64,000 nucleotides of DNA, taken from assembly GCF_018977255.1 (NCBI RefSeq), contig NW_024704743.1, positions 14,138,001 through 14,202,000 of the forward strand, written 5' to 3'. The DNA comes from Callorhinchus milii (Eukaryota). Below are positions 37,901 through 49,900 of the stretch, piece by piece; position 1 is the stretch's first letter; the number at the start of each line of letters is the position of its first letter. Position numbers and translations under genes: made by a program. The notes under the pieces are model-generated. The model searched no databases and was not told where the DNA came from. It saw only the letters and a list, made by a program, of their open reading frames with translations.

Positions 37901-40900
37901 GTTAAAGAATTTGCAAAATTCTGAATAATCTGAAATGATATGTAGATAGAATGAATCTGGATCCATGAGGAATTTCAAGCCAAAGATATATAGGCATTGG
38001 CACTTCACACTGTGACTTCTGGGTAAATTGAAGGCCTGACTTATTTTCCTTGTTTTAATCTTGTAGGTCATTTTGGTGGCAAACGAAAAGGCAAAAGAGA
38101 TGATACCAGAAGAGCTTAACCTGGCCCTTGTTCTGACCATATATGAAGCCAAAGGGTTGGAGTTTGATGATGTCCTCCTCTACAATTTCTTCACAGATTC
38201 GGAAGTAAGTTTACTTAAATTCTCAAGCAATTTAATTTTTTAGGCTTACACGAGTTACATATATATGGCTGTTAATTCGGATGAAAATCCTGTTAATCCC
38301 AGTAAAATACCACTCTGGTCACTGCTGAATGCCCTCACTCGGGCCTTCTGCGTATCGAGCCTTCAGCCACAAGGGACTCCCAGATGTAGATGGGAGGAGT
38401 CAAATTGTGATTGACAGTGGACTCCAGCCATTCACAAGCAGCTGGAGTTGTGCTGTCATTCAGTGGAGGAACAGGGAAGAACAAGGGAGGGAATGGGAGG
38501 AGTCACAAAGTCATTGATTGACAGCTGAGCCACCTGTCAATGGCCGAGTCCAAACATTCACAAGTGGCTTCAGTCTGTCAATCACCTCAAAGCCGCCACA
38601 AATTGGTCTCCTTCCCATCCAATGGGATGGGCAATGGGAGGGAGGAGGTGCCGCCACTCCTCTGGGGGCGGGAAAGTACTGAACTGTAATTTGCTGCCAA
38701 ACAAAGATAAATATATTTTATAACAACAATGAAATTACATCTGTATAGCGCCTTTCACGTCGGGAGGATGTCCCAAGGAGCTGGACAGACAGAGTTTCGG
38801 ACCCAAGCTGAAGATCGGGGAGGGTGGAAGGCAGGAGGGGCAGCAGGGAGATCGAAAGCACGGTCGAAGAGGAGGGTCTTGAGATGGGTCTTGAAGGAGG
38901 CACGGGAGGAGTCGAGGCGCAGAGACTCCGGGATGGAGTTCCAGAGGGTGGGTGAAGAGTGGCAGATGGCCCGCCCGCCAATAGTGGGGCGAGCGAGGCG
39001 TGGGACATGAAGCAGACCAGAGCCCACTGAGCAGAGGGAGTGAGCAGGGTGGTAGGGGTTTAGGAGGTCGCAGAGGGAGGGGGGAGCAAAACCATGAGGG
39101 CTTTGAAGGTGAGGACCAGGATATTGAACTGTATCCTCTGTGTGATGGGAAGTTGGGCAAGGATGAGGGTGATAGGGTCGCAGAGCCTAGTGCAGGAGAG
39201 GACACGGGCTACAGAGTTCCGGATGATCTGCAGCCTATGGAGGGAGGAGTTGGGGAGGCCGACAAGCAATGAGTTTGCATAGTCGAGCCTCGATGTAATG
39301 AATGCGTGTATGAAGGTTTCGGTGGCCTGTGCTGTGAGAAAGTGGCGGAGCCGGGCTTTGTTGCGGAGGTGGGGGAAGGCGGAGCGGGTCATGGCGCAGA
39401 TATGGGGTAGAAAGGATAGTTGACGGTCAAACAAGATGCCAAGGTTCAGGACTGGCTTAGCAAGGTAGAGTGTACAACCATGGATTTTACTGAATTCTAT
39501 GAGTATTTTAACCTTTAATTAGTTAGTTAACATTGGTTCATTAACATTCATTATAACATTTTGTTATACGGTGTTGGCGGAATGGTATTTCGGTTAACCT
39601 CAGACACCTCTTAAGTCGGACAAAATGTCCGTCCCTGATGCATCCAGCTTAGCCAGCTTGCACTGTATTTAAAACTTGTAACTAATCAAAAATACTTTAC
39701 TTATTTGAGAGACGAAATTCCTTGTTTTCTCCACTGTCCTTTTTTTGTTCTTCCTTGTGAAATTGTGATTCAATTCTACAATGTTCTGATATAAAAGCCT
39801 TGAGCAATCTCATTTTATGTGTTTGTGTCTTTAGGCTGACAAGGAATGGAGAATAATATCCTCCTTCCAACCTTCACCTCAATCAACAGACCAGCATGCA
39901 CAGTTACTGGAGCAACCAATAGAAGATATTGTTTCTCAGACCAGACCTCTTGAATTCAATGCAGAACTACACAAGGTGCAATTCGTTTAATTCACTTAAT
40001 TAATGTGTACATATACACACGCTGACTGCAAATTTATGTGAAGCAAAAAGGTTCCTGTAAATTTTCTAAGGGGTGTGCCTGCAGATACAATTTAAGCTTT
40101 GCTACCTGTTGGTTTGCTATTTTTGACTAATTTGTTAGTAGTCATCTATCATTCATTCATTCGTTCAATTTCCATACAATTATTCATCATTCCACGAGAA
40201 GCATGGAGATGTCTTTTTCGGCGATTTGCATCCTATGCAACTCACTCGTCTACTTATTTTGAGGCCTTACTGAACCAGGAGCACACTACTGCTTGATTAG
40301 ACAGAACAAAGTGTGAATTGGATTGGATTGGGGGAAAGAGAAGAACGCTGCATTGTAGCCTGCTCTGTGTGCAGGGGAAAGAGCTGGCCTGAGATTTGAA
40401 ATTTCTCATCATTATCAAATTTTATACATCATTTTATACAGTCAATTCACTTTACAATATATTTTGTGAAGCGCTTTGAGACGTGTCGAAGACCTGATAA
40501 GGCTCTATGTCAAATGTAAGGATTATTATTATCATCATAGCCTTAAAATGTACAAACGTTTAGAATTTTGGAAAATTCTTAAATTTTGTCTTTCTTTGTA
40601 CGCCAGTATTCTGCAGTACTTAAAAAGACCTGCAGAAGTGAAGGGATGTGGGAATGTGCAAGACTGGAAGGCAATTTGCAGTCCCACTGACCAGTCCTAG
40701 GTCAAAAGGGCCTTACTTTCATCTCTCACACCCCTCCCTTGGAATTCTTCACCAAATAGCTGTCTAATTTTCCTTTGAATTTGCTTACAAAATCTGCTTC
40801 CACCACCTCCCGTGGTAGGACAACAGCAACCTTGATACAGCAGCCATTTTATAGCAGCCTTGACTTAGGGTCATGTCTTCGAGTGCTTTACAGGGATGAG

Positions 40901-43900
40901 GTTGGATGTCGAGCTGGTGGGGGGGGAGGAGTGTGCATTGGAAGTGGTAGGATTTGGGATGTATTATATGTACAGTATTTATCACTTTGAATAAAGTTAT
41001 TGAATATGCACTATCGGTTAACATAACATGTAGGAGCAGGAGTAGGCCATTCGGCTCTTTGAGCCTGCCCCGCCATTCAATCATGGCTGATCTTCTAATC
41101 TAACTCCATCTAATAACCTAATGGAGTCCTGTAGCTCAGTGGTTAGAGCACTCGCTTTGCAAGTGAGAGACCTGAGTTCAATTCCAGGCAGGGCGAAACC
41201 TTGGGCAAGTTTCCTTACTCTACACGCCTAATAATAATCCCTCCAAAAAACAAAAACAATAATAAATTGGTCATTTTCAATCTACGACTGTTTGTAGGAC
41301 ATTGCTGTGCGCAATTGGCTGCTACGTTCGCTCACAAATATACAGTCAATTCACTTTACAGTATATTCTGTGAAGCGCTTTGGGACGTCCTCCCGACTTG
41401 AAAAGCGCTATATCAAATGCAAGGATTATTATTATTATTTATTATTAACCTGACCCTGCCTTATCCCCATATCCCTTAATCTCTTTTGCAATAAGAAATC
41501 TATTTATCTCAGTCTTGAATATGTTCAAGGACTGAGTGTCAACAGCCCTTTGGGGTAGTGAGTTCCATACATTCACCTTTCCTATTCTGAGCTTGAATTT
41601 GTGCCCTTTTAGATTTTTTTGTTTACCTTGCTAAAAAAAAATTATTAGGGTTCAGTTTACCCCTACCCTTTAGGATCTTGAAACACAAGTTTACAAATGT
41701 GGTTGAATGCTGTTACCAGCTACATATCAAATATCTTACCAAATTGTGGATGTAGCACTATTCAGTTGATGAGTGGATTCCTAGTTCTTGTTCCGGTTTG
41801 TACTATGCCTCCTCAAAAATGTCAATGGGAAATTCTTGTGACATGTATACTTTCTCTTTGCACATTAGCTCCTGAATGGGGAACTAAAGCAGTTGTACAC
41901 AGCCTTTACCAGAGCCAGGGTCAACCTATGGATCTTCGATGAAAATAAAGGAAAACGTGGCCCAGCATTTGAATATTTCATCAAAAGAGGTTTTGTCAAA
42001 GTTGTTAAACCAGATGAGAACAAAGGTACGAATGAATTTGGCACCAAAATACTCCACCTCCTATTGAAACAAACTAGAATTAATAACCAGTTTATCTTAG
42101 TGTTAGGATGTTACCTCTTTACTAGTCTCCTGCTTATGGAGAAGTAAATTTATCTTGTGGGGAAGGAAAGCTTTTGTTTAAATTGGGTGTTGGGTGTTAG
42201 CCTGATTCACATGATACCACTCTTGCTTCCCAAGTGAGAAGATTATAGGCTTAAGCCTCACTCATGTCAGATCTTCTAGACTGATACCCTAATGTATTGC
42301 TGGGGTTATGTTGCATTGTTGAAGGTGCTGTCTTTTGGATGAGATGTTAAACAGAGTCAAGTGAATGTTAAAGATCCCATGGCACTATTCGAAAAGTGAA
42401 GGGGAGTTTTTCCCAGTGTTCTGGCCAACAATTCCCCAAATAAACTTGGGCACTCACTCCATGGCTGTTTGTGAAATTGGTACGTGGGCAAATTTGCTAC
42501 CACATTTTATCTATAAATTGCACAGTCACTACACTTTACAGTAAAACCTGTGAAACACTTTTAAGATTTCGTCCTGATGTGGAAAGGCATGGTACAAAAT
42601 GTAAAAATTATAGGATTATTATCATTGAAATAAACAAACCTGTTTTCTACCTGCAGAGCTTGATGACAGCATGTTTGTTAAAACTTCAACAAATGAAGAA
42701 TGGGTAGAAAGAGGAGATTACTTTGCCAAGCATCAGTGTTGGAAGGTGAGTACTAAATACTGAACTACAAATGTATTTGTTTAGTGTCAGTTCATTCCAA
42801 TGAGTGATTCTTCCTTATTTGGCATCCTCCACACACTTAGGATATTGCAATTTTTCTGTGGTCATTGGCTTTTTATACAATACCCATATGTGGAGAATAC
42901 CTACATCAGCAGAATTAAGCAGGTACTACATTTTAGATAATCTCCCTTTTGTCAGAACCATATTTTTCAACTCTTAAAGCTCTTATTGTGAGATTGTAGT
43001 TTTCTGCATGGTTCCCTAATTTTGCAAAAAGCCACAAGCTCTTTGTCCTTTGGATGAGACGTTAAACTGAGGTGTATCTGACTGTTCAGGTGGACATTAA
43101 AGATCCCATGCCTCTATTTGAAAAGAGAAGGGAATTTCTGCTGGTGTCCTGGCCAACAATCCCCAAATAAGATTGGTCACTCACTCCCCGGCTGCTTGTG
43201 AGACACTGCTGTGCACAAATTGGCTGCCACACGTGCCCCAAAATACACAGTCAATCTACTTTAGAAGTATATCCTGTGAAGCACTTTGAGATGTCTTGAT
43301 TTTGCGACAATGCATTATATCAAATGCAAGGTTTATCATTAAGATCACAGATTGATTATAACTGACTTCACTGGGCAACAAGTTGGTGACCTGATGTTTC
43401 AGGGAAGATGCCTAACGAGTAGGAAGTGGAAAAGATTTTTTATGGTTTCCTTCTCCCATTGACGTCCCTTCTACCTCCAGCCTTAGAGTGGGAATAGTCC
43501 AGTGCTGCCTGTCCTTTCAGTCAGATTTCAGGGTATGAGGCTTTGAAGGTTAAAATTGGGAAGAGAATACACAGGGCAAACAAAGGAAAGCATCACTCAA
43601 CAGGTCTCAGATTGAGTCTTGTGCTCAACAGAATTTAAAATTAATGAAGAATAATTTTTACATTTGCAAAAGTGCCTATAACACTAAAACGTATCAAAGT
43701 GCTTTACAGATAATGCTGTAAAATTAAGTAACTGTGAACATGACAACCAATTTGCACAACAGTAATTAACTTCAATAGTGTCAACCTGACGTCCATTGTG
43801 ACTGTTTATCCATTCCCTAGAGACAGATATTGGGGAATGGGTCAGATTCCCAGAGATCCATTTTCTATCAATTGTAAAAATGCACTTTTAAGTAACCCAC

Positions 43901-46900
43901 CAACAAGATACAGTTGATACACTTTACAGTGGATCCTGTGAAGCGCTTTGAGACTTCCTCCCGATGTGAATACTCTACAACAACTACAACAACTTGTAGC
44001 ACCGTTCATATGGGCTGGCGTTCCGGAGCGCTTGAATACTCTATATCAATTGTGAGGATTATAATTTTTAACCTACTAATTCATATACAACAACAAAAAC
44101 TTGGATGTATATAGCGCCCTCCACGCCGGACGGCATCTCAGAGCGTTATAAAAGACCTCTCTTTTAAACATCATGCCTCCTTTAGAAAGGGAAGACCTCT
44201 GATAAATAAGTCAGTTCACAAAATAGTCTTCTTTGAAAACACTGCAAGACAAATCCAATTTTAAGAACACTAATTGTTCATTCATAATCTATAAAGAAAA
44301 TGTTTCCTGGTAACTCTGGTGCTCTGCATAAGCCAGACAATACAGAGCATAGTAATACATCTATGTAGAGCTCCCCAACACCACCTTGTGCAGGGTGCTA
44401 TATAAATGCCTGCTAGTGTTATTCTTGCAGCATCTATGGAGAAAGGAAAGTGAGTCAACGTTTCGGGTCTACAACCCTTCATCAGAACTGGGCACATCTG
44501 TTTCCCTTCTTGTGTTTGATGACTTCTCCCTCCCAACTTTCCCCAGTTCTGACGAAGAGTCGTGAACCCGAAAAGTTGACTCGTTTTCCTTTCTCCATAG
44601 ATGCTGCCTGACCTGCTGAGTGTTGCCAGCGACTTCTGTTTTTGTTTCAGATTTCCAGCATCTGCAGTATTTTGTGTTTTGGTGTTATTCTTGTGGTGTA
44701 CTTTCGCAAGGCTTTTGACCTTGTGCTTCATGAAGAAACTGGAAGACATGGGAGTACATACTTAACTGTGCCTATGTGATGTTTTTACCCTATCAATGAC
44801 AATGATAAACTCACTATCATTCAAACTAAAAGACTATGACAGGACCATAAAACCCATTAACAACAACAACAAAATTATATTTGTATAGCGCCTTTCACAT
44901 CGGGAGGACGTCCGAAGGTGCTGGACAATCAGTGTTTCGGACCCGAGCTGGGGGTTGGGATCGGGGAGGATGGAGGGTAGGGGTGAGGGAGGGTGATGGA
45001 AGGTACAGTCGAAGAGGAGGGTCTTGAGACAGGTCTTGAAGCAGACAAGGGAGGGGGCGAGGTGGAGGGACTGCGGGGTGGAGTTCCAGAGGGTGGGGGC
45101 AGAGTGACTGAAGGCCTGCCTGCCATTGATGGGGCGGGCGAGGTGGGGGACGTGAAGCAGGCCAGAGCCCACTGAGCGGAGGGTGTGGGCAAGTTAGTAG
45201 GGGATTAGGAGGTTGCAGAGGTAGGGGGGAACAAGACATGGAGGGCTTTGAAGGTGAGGACCAGGATCTTGAACTGTATCCTCTGTGTGATGGGAAGCCA
45301 GTGGAGTAGGACGAGGATGGGGGTGATATGGTCACGGAGCCTGATGCGGGAGAGGACATGGGCTGCAGAGTTGTGAATGATCTGCAGCCTGTGGAGGGAG
45401 GATTTGGGGAGGCCGACAAACAGGGAGTTTGCATAGTCGAGCCTCAATATTATGAAAGCATGTATGAGGGTATCGGCAGCCTGCGGTGTGAGACGGTGGC
45501 CGAGCCAGGTGATGTTGCGGAGGTGATGAAAGGCAGAGTGGGTCATGGCACGGAAGTGAGGTTGAAAACATAGTTTTGGGTAAACAAGACCGAACTTCAG
45601 CCTGGACGCTGTCCTGAGAAGGGGTGAAAGGCACTCTGGTCATGCTCATCCCTCTTCAAGGACAGTAAAGTCCCAATGCAGGTCAAGCTTATGGCTTACA
45701 AGACCTGTGTAAAAACAGTCCTGCTTCATGAATCTGAGATCCTAAGGATGCAGGGGAGAAGCTTTCTCCGACCCATCTGCAAAGTCCAGGATCAAGCAGT
45801 GAGGTGGATTTGTGGCAGACATGGGAAGCTGCTACAGGGAGGGAGGGCTCCGGCCTACACTTACCTGTTGGGGAAGTGTGAAGTTATTCACCTTGGTAGA
45901 AAAAATAGAAAAACAAGATTATTTTCTAGAGGGGGAGAGATTAGATAGTGTTAGTGTGCAGAGGGATTTGAGTGTCCTTGTACACCAGTCTCAAAAAGTT
46001 AGTTTGCAGGTGCAGCAAGCAACTAAGAAGGCGAACGGCATGTTAGCGTTCATTGCAAAAGGTTTAGAGTACAAGAGTAGGGAAGTCTTGGTGCAACTGT
46101 ATAGGGCCTTGGTGAGACCGCACCTAGAGTATTGTGTGCAGTTTTGGTCTCCTTATTTAAAAAAGGACATACTTGCCCTGGAGGGGGTGCAGCGTAGATT
46201 CACTCGGTTAGTTCCTGGGATGAGGGGACTGACCTATGAGGATAGGCTGAATAAACTAGGGCTGTATTCTCTAGAGTACAGAAGAATTAGGGGAGATCTT
46301 ATTGAAACATATAAGATTCTTAAAGGGCTGGATAAAGTAGACACTGAGGGTCTGTTTCCCCGGGTAGGAGAATCTATAACCAGGGGTCACAGTCTTAAAA
46401 TTAAGGGTCAGCCTTTTAGAACAGAGTTGAGGAAACATTTCTTCACTCAGAGGGTAGTGAATTTATGGAATTCACTACCCCAGAAGGCTGTAGATGCTCA
46501 GTCCTTGAGCATCTTCAAGGCTGAGACTGAGATTTTTTTAAAAACAGAGGGATTAGAGGATATGGGGATAGGGCGGGTAATTAGAGTTAGGTCTGAAGAT
46601 CAGCCATGATCTTATCGAATGGCGGGGCAGGCTCGAGGGGCCGAATGGCCTACTCCTGCTCCTAATTCTTATGTTCTTATGTTCTTAAACGCCCTGGAAG
46701 CAGAGTCGGCTTCACAGCGGGCACGTCTATTTGCTAAGGCCCCTCATGAGGACCTAGATTGAGCAGCTGGTGCTGAGTACGCCTGGTATGCGGTACTGGA
46801 CTTGGAACCGGTACTGGACCCCTCAAAAACATCAAGGTGGCTGGCACATCACAAGCTGTCCTGTAAAGGTCTGCCCACCACGCTGAAGTCAGATGCCTGC

Positions 46901-49900
46901 CAGATAGCTGATGAGGAAACTCTTAAGTCTTGGGGGAAGAAACTGCTGGAAGACGCTACCTGGAGTCTGAGATTGTGAACACACATTCGTACGTCCAGAG
47001 CCTGGATCCACCTTGATTGGCCTCCAGAGAGGCTTAAACTGCTGCTTAAACTCTGCACCTCCAGCTGATGGAACCATCGCTTAATGGGAAAGAACATGTG
47101 TCTGACACTGTGGACAGAAAGACGGTGGCAATGCTCTCGCGAAAGATTGCAAAGAGTTCCTTGTATCTACCATCCACGTAGTGAGGGCTCGAACCTGCGC
47201 TTGTCAAATGTCGAACGACCAACTAGTGACTATCCTCCTTGGGGGCTGGCAGGAGGGGAGGTAAATGGATCTGCTTGGAGCTGAACTGGCTGCAAGGTGA
47301 CATGCCTGGCAATGGAATGTCACAATTGAGCCAGTCTCTGTGGCAGTCTATGTAGTCTAGTTCCTTAGCCAGGCAGGTTTGCAGTATTCCAGGGCACTAC
47401 TGCTGACAGCACAGCACAGCCTGGTTCATCGGCAGGACATGGAAGGGCAGACCTGTCACTGGGACAGAGAGTAATCCCACTCAGCTCCTGTTAACCCTGC
47501 AAGCCAAAGCCCTAACGGGTAGGGTGGTCGTAGCTGGACAAATTGCAGGAAGGCTTGCCGGACAGCAATATCAATGGCAAGTTATGTGGTTTCAGCTGGT
47601 TAGCCTCCAGCAGTGCCCCAACACACACTCTGCAGTCCTCAAGCCTTGGCTCTTGCCTAATACTTTCCTAATACAGGATGCGTCCCTCCAGGGAGAGAGT
47701 GCCGATTCCATTCCAACAATCTGTCTCTGGGATTTCCATGTGTAATAATAATCCTTGCATTTGATATAGCATTTTTCACATCTTCTAGAAGACTCAAAAT
47801 GCTTCACAGAATATACTGTAAAGGGAATTGACTGTATATTTGTGGGCGAAATGCGGCAGCCAATTGTGCACAACAGTGTCCCACAAACAGTCATGGATTG
47901 AGTGACCAAATTATTATGTTACTTTTTCTTGAGGGATAATGATCCCTGGAAAAACGATCCGCCAATCGACTAACATCTGGGTTCCTACTTACTGCTAGGT
48001 AAACAGAGGTGTGTGGAGTAAAGAAACTTGGCCAACATTTCGCCCTGCCGGGAATAGAAGCCTAGGTCTCTTGCTTGCGAGGCGAGTACTCTAATCACTG
48101 AGCTACAGGACTAGGTGGGATGCATGGAAAGCTTGGTTCGGATACTCTTAAGCATGGCGAAGGGTTTCCGTGGCTGACCAAAAGAAAAAAAGTTTATTCT
48201 TTGAATATTGACGAGCCACAGTAACAAAATGGGTTCATCTAAGAACAGCAGATGTTGAATCGTGCCTTATAACATGTAAAAGCAGTTTTAATTAATGTTG
48301 ATGATTTGCAGTGATGAGGTTTCTCTTTCTTGCCAATAATTTTAAAAGACTTTTGTTTCATTATTTCAGGTTGCTGCCAAGTGTTACCAGAAAGGTGGTG
48401 AGATTGAAAAGGAGAAGCTTGCATTAGCTCATGATGCTGTGCTCAATGTTCAGACGAAAAAAAGAAGCCAAAAGTAAGTGATTACAACAACCAAAAGTTG
48501 CATCTATATAGTATTTTTCACGTCAGGAGGATTCGGGTGGAGATCTGTTCCATTTAACAAGAGATGGACAAAGTGTCAATACCTTTGATTTTGACTATTT
48601 CTAGCAGGGAGCTCCGCTAGGTGGCACTCATGACCATAAAGACGAGAGGAAAGGGTGATAGAATTGCATCGTTGAGTCAAATTGAAAACGAAACCAGATG
48701 AACAAAGTATTTCATGCATCTGGAAATAAAAATATTAACTATAATGTTTAACTTGACCTGCAGTAAATATCGCTCCTGTTTTTTGTTTTTATTGAACACG
48801 TGCGAGAAGCCACCTAGTGGCGATCGACTATTTTTTAAAAAAAACCTGAAACTTAAATAAATCAATTTCCAAACAAATGGAACTATTTTTTGCAATAATA
48901 ATAATAATCATCCTTACAATTGATATAGTGCCTTTCACATTGGGAGGACATTTTATCGCCCACAAAATATTCCATCAATCCACTTTACAGTACTTCCTGT
49001 GAAGCGCTTTGACACGTCTCAATAACGTGATAAGGCCCTCTGTCAAACACAAGGATTATTATTATATCGCTTCACAGGATATGCTATAAAATGTAGTGAC
49101 TGTGTATTTTGTGGATGACTTAATCCAGGAATAAAACCAAAAAAAAGGGGCAACAGGCAAGGTTGTTGGCAAATGTTTTTTGAAATTAATGGGAACAAAT
49201 TACAATGTAGCTTCATTATAGCTCTGTGGTTGGGATCCATAAATTTCTGTTCCATGCTGTAGCAAGGATGCTTTTCTTTTGGCAAACATTTTTTGGGTGC
49301 AATTGATGAATTACATTAAGAACATAAGAAACGCTAGACGAAAAAAGACCAAGGTCCATCTAGTTCGTCTTCCACCTTCCTGGAAGTCGCATGCAAATAG
49401 GTCCCAAACTACCTATGTACTATATGATGAATTTTATAAAACACTGGATGTCAAGGCATTGGAGAGCGTGCAAAGGAGATTTACCAGGATGGTACCAGGA
49501 ATGAGGGACTTCAGTTATGAGGAGAGGCTAGAGAAGTTGGGATTATTTTCCTTGGAGCAGAGAAGGTTAAGAGGAGAATTAAAAGTTTTCAAAATTATGA
49601 GGGGATTCGATAGCGTGAACACTAGCGGGTGGGTCGGTAACCGAAGGGTACTGATTTAAAATAGTTGTTTCTAAAATAGAAACAGAGGGGGAGGTGAGGA
49701 GAAATTTTTTTACACAGTGAGTTGTTCAGATCTGGAATGCATTGCCTGAAAGGGTGGTGGAAGCCAATTTGATAACAGCTTTTAAAAGAGATGTAGATAA
49801 TTATTTGGGGAGAACAAATTTGCAGGGCTATGGGGAAAGCGCAGCGGGGGTGGGGGGGGATTTGATTTGGATAGCTCTTTTCAAAGAGCCGGCACAGACA

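Larger units (their letters stand above)
45590..48190 (+). mobile_element. Longest RTE-X-like LINE copy (RT thumb, zinc-knuckle region, long 3' UTR), interrupted by CR1 (45871-46688) and a SINE (47744-48111)
   Basis: [30 protein letters not shown] (thumb-like), [20 protein letters not shown]; ends GGCTGACCAAAAGAAAAAA. Confidence 0.65.
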
